Made by a program: the position numbers and the translations under genes. Below the pieces are notes generated by a model. The model was given only the letters and a program-made list of their open reading frames with translations. It was not told where the DNA came from and made no database searches. Source: Eledone cirrhosa (lineage: Eukaryota). From it: DNA of 64,000 nt. The DNA is taken from NCBI GenBank assembly GCA_964016885.1, contig OZ024740.1, positions 105,276,001 through 105,340,000 of the forward strand, written 5' to 3'. Positions 1 through 11,636 of the stretch are shown here, piece by piece (the first letter of the stretch is position 1; every line of letters starts with the position of its first letter).

Positions 1-100
1 ATATATATATATATATATATATACATATATATATACATACATATACATACATATATATATACATACATACATATACATACATACATACATACATACATAA

Positions 101-131
<31 letters not shown>

Positions 132-276
132 CATACATATATAAATATATATATATATATATACATACATACATATACATACATACATACATACATAAAT
201 ATATATATATATACATACATACATATACATACATACATACATATATAAATATATATATATATACATACATACATAC

Positions 277-311
<35 letters not shown>

Positions 312-688
312 CATACATATATAAATATATATATATATATACATACATACATAAATATATATATATATATACATACATACATAAATATATATATATATAC
401 ATATATACATACATACATATACATACATAAATATATATATATATATATACATACATATATACATACATACATATACATACATACATACATAAATATATAT
501 ATATATATATATATACATACATACATACACATACATAAATATATATATATATATATATATACATACATACATACATACATACATATACATACATACATAC
601 ATAAATATATATATATATATATATATACATACATACATACATATACATACATATACATATATATATATATATATACATACATATATAC

Positions 689-740
<52 letters not shown>
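1..740. repeat. (TA)n/(TACA)n compound microsatellite
   Basis: Direct inspection. Confidence 0.98.
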
Positions 741-743
<3 letters not shown>

Positions 744-745
<2 letters not shown>

Positions 746-1083
746 GGCACATGGCTTAGTGGTTAGAGCATTGGCCATGCAATCGAAAGGTTGTGAGTTC
801 AATTCTCAGACCGGGTGATGTGTTGTTTCCTTGAGCAAGACACTTTATTTCACATTGCTCCAGTTTACTCAGCTGTAGAAATGAGATGATAGGGACTGCG
901 GTCCCTATCATTCCACTGCAAAGTGGTCGTGTAGGTGTCACGGAAAAAAAAGCACCCAGCACTCACTGTAAATGAGGTTGGTGTTAGGAAGGGCATCCAG
1001 CTGTAGAAATCAACCCAGAATCAGTTCCCGTCCCACCCTTGCCAGCAGGGAAAAAGCGGACGCAAAATGAAATGATGAAATGA
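744..1083 (+). mobile_element. tRNA-derived CORE-type SINE with RTE-derived 3' tail
   Basis: A box TGGCTTAGTGG (752-762) and B box GAGTTCAATTC (795-805). CORE-like block TCCTTGAGCAAGACACTT...CAGTTTACTCAGCTGTAGAAATG. 3' part matches the RTE 3'UTR (AAAAGCACCCAGCACTCACTGTAAATGAGGTTGGTGTTAGGAAGGGCATCCAGCTGTAGAAATCAA) and ends in TGA repeats. Second copy at 46039-46372. Confidence 0.9.
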
Positions 1084-1581
1084 TATATATGGTATTAGGA
1101 ACTGCATCCAGTTAGATAAGCCATGCAAAAATGAACAAGTGCAATGTAGTTGTACAAACCACTAGAAGGGAATAAATTCCAACTGTAACTCTTGGACTAT
1201 GATAACATGGAAGACATGAGGAATGATTATACTCATATACATATAGATACATTCAGAGAGACAGAGAGAGCGCATGAGAGATATATACATAGATGCTAGA
1301 ATTCTATTTTAAATTCTATAAATATAGTACACCTTTATATAGTAAACAAAAATTATGAGGCCTCCAGTATAAAAGGCATCCAGTCATAAAATCACTTTCT
1401 GTTAATATTAGGCATTTGTCTAAGTTAAAGAATCAAAACCCAAGAAAAACAAATAAAAATAATAAGACCCCTATACTCCATTGGAAAAGGATAAAAATGG
1501 ATTTTAAATCAACAGGGGGAAAGTGTCTTTAGAAATTTGTTCTATTTATAAATGTACTTTTTTTTTCATTTACAAACTTAC

Positions 1582-1725
1582 TTTTTTTTCTTGTTTTTTT
1601 CTCTTTGGCTGGGATTGGAATATCACATGGTAATTCTGGATTAGGAATTGCCTTTTCAGGAAAGTCACAAGGTATTTCACAAGAATCAATCGACATGTTT
1701 TCTTCTACAGAACAGTTTTCGATTT
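1582..1725 (-). CDS. Candidate internal host exon (EIENCSVEENMSIDSCEIPCDFPEKAIPNPELPCDIPIPAKEKKTRKK), product unknown
   Basis: On the minus strand: TAG acceptor at 1728-1726 (weak, A-rich), 144-bp open frame with symmetric phase 1-1, strong donor GTAAGT at 1581-1576. Internal repeat EIPCDFP/ELPCDIP and a basic end. No homology recognised. Confidence 0.45.
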
Positions 1726-3121
1726 CTATTTTTTTTGGTTAACAAATGAATGGTGATATTAAAAAAAATTGTAGTAGCCCAAAACCATTAAATGTTGACA
1801 GCTTGTATAGTAGAAATACGAGCAAGATTAGCAGCACTGCTACTGTTATGATTTATGTTACACTGTCATTTAATCATTTTAGGGATATCAAGCAGCTTTT
1901 CATAATTAATCTTTAATTATCTATCCTAAAATCCATTGACCGAGATTGGATTTAAAAATCAGTTATTCGAGGCTGCCTATTGAAGCAATAGATGGTTTTT
2001 ATTCATGCTGAAATTGTTAGTCACTTGTTACAACTCAATGTGCATAGGTTTAGCTGGTCTCCTATTTAGATTGCATCTCATTGAAAGCTTCTTGTGTGTT
2101 ATATAATAAGTAGTCCTAGTTCTGTCATGTCACTATCCAATGACAGGAGTTGAGCTCAGATTGCAGAACTAGAACAGACACCACAATGTATTCAGCCCAA
2201 TACTCTAACAACTGTCAATTAACTGCCCTGGACAGTTACTTTAAATATCAACTATGAAAGGACAAAAGGCAAAATAACCACAATGGGATCTGAACTCAGA
2301 GCACAAAGAATTGGAACAAATCTTATGTTTGAATAATTCTGCAAATTTGCTACCATAATATACTTATGACCCCATTGAGGTCTACCAGCCACCATAGAAT
2401 GGCTTGGAGCTCCACCATGTACACATGCATAGTTAACCATGAATAACTCTAAAGTGATCTATTGAACCTGCTGCAGGCAGATGATGCTTGGTGATGATAT
2501 TTTGCCAAATGTTTGTAGAAGAGACATAGTTGACTGAACAGACCATAGAAGGGATAAAAGAAGAATTTGATTTGTGGGATTTGAAATGGAAACTTAGATT
2601 GATTAAAGTAAATACCATAATGCATTTAGTCAGTGTGCTACTATTTCAAACAACCCTCACACTAATACTAAACTATATTGATTAAAGCTCTCAAGTCATT
2701 AAGAACCTCATTTATACTAAATTTTAAGGGCGGGGGGGGGGGGGGGGGGTCAGGAAAAAATAATTGAGATATTTAAAAATAAATTTTAAAATAATTATTA
2801 CAATAATCAATATTTAAATCTCTATTTTATAAATTTTATATAAATGCCACTCTTGAAGAGAATTGGAATTTTAACATTGAAAAGGAAAATAATTGAATTT
2901 GAGTCTAATTTCTGTTTTCTTAAATGGAGTATTCCTTTGATGAAGTATCAAACATCAATACACAATATTTCCATTGAAAGAAAACAGAGGAATTCTCAGG
3001 GGTTAATTCCTGACATATTTAATACTAGAGCACCCGTTGGGTCACGTTCACTTCAAAATATTTTTTAAATAATTAAAATATACACAGACATGTATATAAT
3101 GTGAAATGAAACTGGAAGGCT

Positions 3122-6100
3122 CATCATCATCATCACCGTTTTACGTCCGTTCTTCCACGCTAGCATGGGTTAGACGGGTTGTCCTGTTGTGGGCAGTGTC
3201 TGGTCGGCTGACCATGCCTTGCTCATACAGGAACTGATCTGGCTTGATTTCTACAGCTGGATGCCCTTCCTAACACCAACCTCATTTACAGTGAGTGCTG
3301 GGTGCTTTTTCGTGGTGCCTACACGTCCACTTTACAGTGTGGGCTGGGTGCTTTTTTGCCGTGGCACCTCCACGACCACCTTGCGGTGGGGGGGGGGGGG
3401 GGGCATATTGTTTATATGCTTCAGCATGTACCCATGGGAGGTCGGGTACCCTGTATTACTGCGTGACGCCAGAAGTCACGGTCGTGTGTCATTGACTTTG
3501 AGAGGTGTAGTTGGGTAAGGTCGGCTTTTATCACCTCATCCCAAGTCATCTTGGGTCTCCCCACTCCGCGGTTTCCATCAACTTCTAGTGCTCTGCACCT
3601 TTTTATGCAGCTGTCATCCTTCATACGCATCACATGTCCATACCAGCGTAACCGCCTCTCCTGCACGCAGCATTTGATTCCTCTTATGCTCAGTCTCTCT
3701 CTCAATTCATTTATGCTTTGTCGTTCACGTATATTACTGTTACACATCCATCGGAGCATGCAGGCTTCGTTTCTCTCTAATCTACGTAAGTCTTCCACCT
3801 TCAGCGCCCAGGTCTCACTACCATGCAACATCGCTGTTCGGATACACGCATCATACAGTCTGCCTTTCATTCTGAGGGAGAAGCCTTTTGCAGCTAGCAG
3901 TGGTAGTAGTTCCCTAAACTTCTTCCATCCCGTTCTTACCCTAGTTATTGTACTTTCTGAGCACCCACCTCCGTTGCTAATTCGGTCACCTAGGTAGCAG
4001 AAGCTGTCTACTGTTTCTACAGGGCCCTCCCAGAGATTGGTGGTACTTGTTTCCTGTGGCTGTTTGCTTGCTGTTTCAGCACAGCTGCTGCATGTGAATC
4101 CTACATTCTTAATTAAGCTTCCTGAGATCCCGCTACATCTCTTGTGTACCCATTGTTTGCATTTGGGGCAAAGAATGGAGTTCCTACCTACACCTTTCCT
4201 ACATACTGAGCAAGGCCATTTCCCTGAGGGGATCTGGGTTCTGTTTTCTCGTCTACTTATAAGGACCTTAGTCTTTGTCATGTTGACTTTGAGGCCCTTT
4301 CTCTCTAGTCCCTGCTTCCAGGTTTGGAATTTATTCTCTAGTTCTACCATAGATTCAGCTATGAGTGCGAGGTCATCAGCATACAGGAGTTCCCATGGGC
4401 ATCCGGTCTTAAACTCCTCCGTTATTGCCTGCAGGACTATGATGAACAGGAGAGGGCTAAGAACAGAGCCCTGGTGGACCCCAACCTGTACGCTAAATTC
4501 CTCGCTATACTCATTGCCAATCCTAACTTTGCTGACTGCTCCCCTATACATGGCTTGTACCGCTTTCACAAGCCATTCATCTACTCCTAGTTTTCTAAGA
4601 GCCCACCAGATTACTGCACGTGGAACTCTGTCAAAGGCTTTCTCAAGGTCGACAAATGCCAAGTAGAGTGGCTTACTTTTAGCTAGGTACTTTTCCTGTA
4701 ATTGCCTCACAAGGAAGAGCGCATCAGTGGTGCCTTTCCCTGGAACAAACCCAAATTGCATCTCGTCTATATTCACCCGGTCCCTAATCAGCTGTGCTAT
4801 AACTCTTTCTGTTACTTTCATGACCTGGTCCATCAACTTTATACCTCTATAGTTTCCTCTATCTAGTGCATCGCCTTTACCTTTGTAGCAGTTGACAATG
4901 ATGCTACTGCACCAATCTTTTGGTATGGCCCCCTCTAGTATTACCTGGTTAACGATACGTGTGGTTATAGTGTGACCTACAGACCCAGATGCCTTCAGCA
5001 TCTCGGCAGCTATACCCGATGGACCGGTTGCCTTCCCTATCTTCATATCTCTGATTGCCTTACTTACTACGCTGCCGCTGACTTGTACTGCTGGTCCCTC
5101 TATAGGGTCTACGTGGGGTAGGGTCTCTTCTTCCCATGCATTCTCCTCATTTAGTAATCTATCATAATGACTCTTCCATGCATCTTTCTTCTCAGCACTT
5201 GTGAGGGCAAGCTCACCTTTATCATTCCGGATACACTTCTCTCCAATGACATCACAACTATCTCTGACACACTGCCTCGCAATCTTGAATACCTCCTGTT
5301 TCTGGTCCTCACGTTGTAAAACATGCTTGAATTTTCTATCCTCTGCTTCCCTCCTAGCTAAGTATACTTGTCGCCTAGCTTCCCTCTTGGTCTCTATGTA
5401 ATGTACCCTGCTCCCCCCGTTCTTCCATTCTTTCCATGCCTGTCTCTTGGCCTTGACTGCTTCATCTACCTTATTGTTCCACCACCAAGTCACTCTCCTC
5501 CTGCTTGAGGTCTTACTCCAGCCACAAACCTCATCCGTCGCCTCTAGTAAGTTATTTTTTAGGAACTCCCAGTTCTCTTCTACGTTAAATGTCTCTATCT
5601 GTTCTTCTTTACTGTCGTAGGCGTTGAGTAAAATATCTTTAAATCTGTTACTGGTTGAGGGGACTTTCAGCTTCCAGATCTTTCTTCTCCAGGTTGGCCT
5701 CTGTTTCAGGGCTCGTCTAGTTCTGACCGTGAGGTCGCTGACAACTAAGCTATGTTGGGATGTACATTCCTCACTAGGGAAGGCTTTTGTGTTTACGACC
5801 GTCCATCTGTCACGTCCTCTGATGAGGATAAAATCTAACTGACTAGAGTGCTCCCCTGATCTATAGGTGATCAGGTGGTTGTCGGGTTTTTTAAAGTTTG
5901 TGTTACATATCGACATGTCATTGGCGTCGCAGAATTCTAGAAGTCTGAATCCTTCCTCATTCCTTGTGCCAACTCCATGGCCTCCATGTACTCTATTGAA
6001 GCCGTCGCAGTGTTTACCTACGTGTCCGTTAAAATCTCCTGCAATGATTAGGAAGTCCTTGTCGTCTGTTAGAGCAGTAGTGTGTATTAGGGACTCGTAA

Positions 6101-6466
6101 AACCTATCCTTAAGTTCGTCTGGCAGCCCCGATTGGGGTGCGTAAGCTGATATTATTGTGGTAATTGTCTTATTCAGGACTAGTCTGAGTTTAATGATTC
6201 TTGCATTTACCCTGTACACTGAGATTACTTTATCTACCCACTTGTCAGCTAATAGTATACCTACACCACCCATCCCATCGTCATTTCCCACCCAGAAAAA
6301 TTTGTAGCACTGGCTTTTTCCTACAAGGACTCTAGCAGACCCTCCTCTCCATCTAGTCTCTTGCACACAGCATACATCAACTTCCTTTCGCTCTAGCATT
6401 TCTACGATTTCTCCTGCTCTTCCTTTCATTGAGCCTACATTGATGGTACCAACTCGGAGTTTTGGG

Positions 6467-6469
<3 letters not shown>
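3122..6469 (-). mobile_element. RTE-clade LINE copy 1, lacking the 5'UTR, ORF intact
   Basis: (TGA)n tail at about 3122-3134, ~300-bp 3'UTR, single EN-RT ORF, 5' end joined to (TA)n. Confidence 0.97.

Positions 6470-6471
<2 letters not shown>
3421..6471 (-). CDS. RTE LINE polyprotein: APE endonuclease + reverse transcriptase + internal PHD finger (1016 aa from ATG at 6471)
   Basis: EN motifs GTINV, VQET, YAP, GDFNGH, LDFIL, SQH. RT motifs [50 protein letters not shown]-terminus [15 protein letters not shown]. The first 27 aa of the track ORF are microsatellite/flank read-through. Confidence 0.96.
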
Positions 6472-6503
<32 letters not shown>

Positions 6504-8454
6504 GTACGTACATACATACATATATATATAAGCCTTCCAGTTTCACGTGCATGTGTGCACGCGTGCGTTGAAAACTATCTCTATCTTTCTTTCTTTGTTT
6601 ATGAAAGTTACTGGAAAAACCCCATATCTCGGGAACCCGTGGTCAGATTTACGCGAAATTTGTTTTATTCCATTTGTATTCCCATTTCAGGAGCAACTTC
6701 ATTTCAAAGTATTCTTCCATTGTGGACCCTTTTGGCTGTATTACATTACAAGCAAGCAAACTCAAACTTTTAGTAATATATAGATAGACATATATGAAAC
6801 TATGCAATATGATTAAGATGTGATCATGTCATTGCAACCTCAGCCATCATGGAAAGAGCAGTGGATTCATGAATTTCACAGCTGTCAACACTCATTCTTT
6901 TAAGCCAAGATAATGACATATAAAGGTTTTATCTCATAGATTTTGCAAACACCCTATTCTTGTGGAAAGTTTATAAATAGTGCTAGTTAGAACAGATAGT
7001 ATTAATTAACAATTGGAATAACATAGTATATAACATAATATGTACTGAAGGACAGTGTAAGAATAAGAATATAACATGCATAGGAGAAAGGATAAATGAA
7101 CACTGGTGAGACCTCCAGGATGGGAAAAACTCATCAGTACTCCACCAACATGCCAAAATAGAACATAGGGGCACATTAGAGAACATAGGGATAAAGATTA
7201 TATCCACACACAGAAAAGATGCAATGCTGAGACAAACCACAGAGGTGACAAACAAACGAACTCCAACCAAAATTAAACACAAAACATGAGTGGAATAGCA
7301 GCATCTCAACTAGTAATTAAGGATAAAATGAAGACATACAGACATACACAAAAACCAAACTAACAAAAATCAGATACACATAGAACAACCAACCAACTAG
7401 TGACAAATCAATAAACACAAATAAAAAAAAACACACACACCCAGATGTAACGCATGCACAAACTAAGCACACAACACAAGATGGTGTAGGATAGAACAAA
7501 GGAGAGACAAAATAAAATCCCAGTCACTGAGGAAGTCACAGAATGTGTGACAAAAGAGCTTTGAAAATATATATAAACAACCATCCGGTTATCGAACCAA
7601 CCAACCAACCAGAAATTTATAATAAATTGAATTGAAAACCAACAGATGCGTGTGTTTTTATTGGCAGCATAACCCTCCCAAAGTATAACAATATACGGAC
7701 TCCCATAAATATAAATACACACACTTTCATATTTTGGCATCTGGATAAAAGTGCTGATGCTAAGACTATTCTGACATGATCACAGTTTAAAATACTCATG
7801 CTAAGACTTAATCTATGTTTATTATACATAAATGTATTGTATGTGGGTTCATAAATCCCTTTATTCTAAATCATGCTGTGTTAGTGCTATCACTAATTAC
7901 CATATTTGAGTACAATGCCATCTGAATATTGTATGACCTCTACTTTTGTAGCTAAAATTCAGAAATATATTTTATCTTTTAGCATGCAACTCTCTGAGTA
8001 TAGCCATAGTTAATATATATATATTAAGAAACCAACATATTGTTGCCTAATCTATGACTAAGTTTACATTTTCACTATATGCAATTTAACTCTTTTGCAC
8101 ATCAATAACTTCTATTATAAGGGAGAATACTAAAGATTTTTTTTTACTATTAAGATGTATCAGTAATGTAACTCTCAGGCTTTAAGCTGAATATTTTAGA
8201 TTAGATAATTACTTTTAAACAACAGTGTGTAACTTCACTCTATAAAAGTCTTAACAGAATTAACTATTGCTATTGGATATATCCATTCTCTCTATGATTT
8301 TTCATGGTTGCAAGCTATGAAGTTTATAAATTAGTTGTTAGATTTCTTGGGGCTACTGCCTTTGGTATTTTCATTTTTACAGGCTTATTTTTTTTTTAAT
8401 TTTATTTTAATATGATGCAACATTAAATTATATTGAAATTTTTTCATTTATACA

Positions 8455-8660
8455 TGGAGTCGATTAGCAAAATTGTTAGAGCATCAGATAAGCTGCCTTG
8501 TGATATTTCTTCCAGTTCTTTACATTTTAAGTTCAAATCCCACTAAAGTCAACTTCACCTTTTATCTTTCCATGGCTGATAAAGTATGAGTCAAGAACTG
8601 GTGTTGATATAATCAACTGTTTCCTTTCCAAGAATTTGAGGCCTTGTGCCTATATTATAA
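8455..8660 (+). mobile_element. Degenerate Nin-domain-type tRNA SINE
   Basis: AGTTCAAATCCC B box; ...GTCAACTTCACCTTTTATCTTTCC...GCCTTGTGCC similar to the family at 14018. Confidence 0.6.
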
Positions 8661-9209
8661 ATTATAAATGGTGTTATTATGGTAAGCTTACACAATGAAG
8701 TTGTCAATAGAATTTCAACTTTTTATGTAATATTAACTCAAAGAGCAATCTTTATTAGTGTTCAGGTGTGAAACCTCTTGAGACAATAATATGCAAATGT
8801 CTAAGTTTGTAAAGCACAAATATTTTAATTACTCATTGGATTGTGAAGTTATTAGAATGATGTAATGACTTAAGTGGTGAAGCTGACAATTGAGTCATTA
8901 AAAAATATATTAAGGTGCTGCTTTAACTGCTAATATCTGATTTTTTCACAACAAACATCATTCTCAATAACATGCCATCCAGTTACAGGCAGAAGAGAAA
9001 TTATTTTTCCAAGTAATTTTATTAGTTTAAAGTCATCATCATTTAACGTCCATTTTTCCATACTAGCATAGGTTAGAATGCACAAGGAAAATGTGTTACT
9101 CTGATCTATTTAGGAGGGAAATTGAGTAAGAACTGACTTGGTCTGTGGCAACCTGTCTAGCATGGAAAGTGGATTTAAAATAATGGTGATAATGTATTTA
9201 ATTTTATAT

Positions 9210-9375
9210 CCACTTTTTCTAAGGAAGATGGTTGGATAACATCTTTGAGCTCGAGTCACCTTGCTAGGGGGATCTAGCCAGATCAATTGGAGACAGTTGC
9301 TTCTGATAGCCCCACTGGAAGGAGTGTTTGAGGACTACCTCTTCCCCACGGTCCTCTCAGGAATATGAGGCCAAA
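9210..9375 (+). mobile_element. 3' fragment of a second LINE family
   Basis: Reverse-complement similarity to 11740-11890 and 35850-36000 (GATGGTTGGATAACATC...GGAGACAGTTGCTTCTGA). Confidence 0.6.
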
Positions 9376-10184
9376 GAAGGTGATAATGTACAAAAGGCAT
9401 GAATGTCACACACCTCACATACTTCCTCCTCTCAGATGACTGTATCACCTTGTGTGTAAGTATGGAATCAATAAGGATTTATCAAACATGTCTTTACATT
9501 CATAAAGTAGAAATGAGATTTGCTCATGTACTGCCAATATTGAAAACTTGATTTACGAGAGGATCTAAATAATGCAGTCAAGCCAATAATATCATTGTAC
9601 ATGACTGAACATAATGTTCTTGAATGAGCCGGCTGGAAATATTTAGAAATAAAATTTTGCCATTTTTAACGACCTACAGCAGGATATTTCCTTGACTTCT
9701 ATAATATAACAACTTGGAAACGCATTAACATGCTTATTTCAAGTGGTTTAATCTTTTCTGTAGGACAGAAATCGTGTTTGCAAATTACTTGATATAAAAT
9801 ATATGCTTCAAAGCCATTATAAGAAGATTTAAGACTACTTATAAAACTTTATAGCACATTCTTCCAAAAGTGTATAAAATATTTATGTGAAATTAACCAT
9901 GGAATCTAACAGTAGTGTGACAAGACATTAAAATATATATACTATGAGTGCATTTTATGATAAAATGCATTCAGAACACTAAAATGGTTGGTAACCAAAT
10001 AGAGCCAACTAATGTGTTTAGGGAGGACTTTTTAGTCTTGCCAAGCACATAAGTCCTCTAATGGTGGTGTTAACGATAAACTGCACCAAGTACATTTTGT
10101 AAAATGGTTTTTAGGAAAGGAATTTAGCTATAGAAACTAGGAGTAGGGTGGCAGTCTTCAGACGAAAGGGTTAATAATGCTCTA

Positions 10185-10216
<32 letters not shown>

Positions 10217-11367
10217 TTCTCACTATTGATACAACAAATGGAATATGAATGAAATGTAGTTTTCTGATGTAGGTAGAAGAGTAACTTCAAATAAAAATTG
10301 ACAAACTAATGATTTACCCAGCCTTATATGTCAGCATGGAAAGCAAGAGTAAAAATGATGTTGCTGCTGATGAAGTAAATATTTAATTTACTTTAGAAAA
10401 ATATAACCAAGAAAAACACCTAAGTAAATGTCTAATTTAGAACATTCATTATAAAAAGGTGAATAAAGCTTATATTAAATAAATATATAAAATATATATT
10501 TAAATAGATAAAGAATAAAAACATTCAACTGATTATTAGAATAAAATAAAATAAACAGTTATTTCTTTTAGGCTAGAAATAACATTAGAACGTAAATCAA
10601 ATAATTAAGTTTTGATGAATCAGTTATTTGTCAGACAAATTATATTAGTACTGTTTATAATTATATGTTTCTAAAAATATATATAAAATATTAGAGAAGT
10701 GATAGCAAGCAATCACCATACTTTTTAGTTTAGATTTTCAAAACAAAAAAGAAAAACCAAAAACAAACAAAACACACACACAGAACCATACAAATTACAC
10801 AGTATAAGAATGACACCATATTTGATTATCTTTGAGATTTGGGACCAAAATGTTTGCTATAATGTTGATTATGATAGAAAACAGTAGAAAGCCAACATTA
10901 AAGCTAGGTAGCGACTATATAAGAAGGCTGTGGTATTATATGGTAACAGGTAGAATTCATGCCAATCAGTATTAAGTGCTACAGTTAACGTGCGCGCATG
11001 CGTGAGTTCAATCCCTTGGTCAGTGTGTCTCTAGATATTCTATTTAAAATAAGATTAACATGTGTCATGAAGTATAGGGGTAACTGATATGAAAATATCC
11101 TGGGCAAGGGTGATTGAATGAGAATATCTCATACCTTTATGTTTAAATATAAGGTTTTGTTTGAAATTCCCAAAACATTAATAAATACACCTTGTACCCG
11201 AAGAAGGCTGGAGGGAACACTAGCCAAAATGTTGAGACCTTAACAAGCTAAAGACAACACTTCAAATAAATCAATGTATTATGACAATTCCACATTCCCG
11301 AAATTCAAACAAAAATTTCAAGTAAAGAATTACAGCTGGTTGAGTACATTTCAGCATTTGATTAGTA

Positions 11368-11565
11368 CAAGAGTCAGTCAAAAAGTTCATAAGCTGACCA
11401 AGATATACTCATGAAATGACCATATGAGCTTAATGCATTGTTTCTTTCCCTAGAAAGAAACAATGCAGTTACTAATAAGAAGAGTTTGAATTAATGCATG
11501 CAAGATGTCACAACTCTAGCATCACTCCTCCATAGTCAGCCTATGAACTGTTCAAGCGACCCTCA
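11368..11565. mobile_element. Tc1/mariner-like MITE
   Basis: TA-flanked imperfect TIRs CAAGAGTCAGTCAAAAAGTTCATAAGCTGACC ... GTCAGCCTATGAACTGTTCAAGCGACCCTCA. Confidence 0.7.
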
Positions 11566-11636
11566 TACATCTAGTATGGTACTAAATGTGCAAAAATGAT
11601 TAACCGTTACTTAACTAATAGCTAACAGTAAAGATA

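Larger units (their letters stand above)
3025..6784 (-). mobile_element. Non-autonomous Helitron (~400 bp body) split by the RTE insertion
   Basis: Minus strand starts A|TCTATATATTACTAAAAG (6784) and ends ACCC-AAC-GGGT-GCT-CTAG|T (3025). A 15-bp internal inverted repeat (3107-3121, 6531-6545) brackets the LINE. Confidence 0.6.

Noticed and set aside
744-815. tRNA gene
   Set aside because: A and B boxes are present but continue into CORE and LINE-tail modules; it is a SINE head.
3551-6100. Plus-strand ORFs overlapping the LINE (also 20185-20910, 28308-30448)
   Set aside because: Antisense shadows of the RT ORF with no independent signal.
6472-6552. N-terminal 27 aa of the 1043-aa ORF (and first ~55 aa of ORF 19721-21190)
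   Set aside because: Translation of (TA)n and flank (YIYI repeats), not LINE protein.
7527-7565. CTGAGGA-A-GTCACA/TGTGAC-AAAA hammerhead-like string
   Set aside because: Good stem II, but G12 is missing and there is no valid NUH or stem I; at best a relic.
10368-10412. CTGATGA-AGTAAAT/ATTTACT-TTA-GAAA hammerhead-like string
   Set aside because: CTGATGA is part of a decayed (TGA)n LINE tail; no stem I or III, and extra bases before GAAA.
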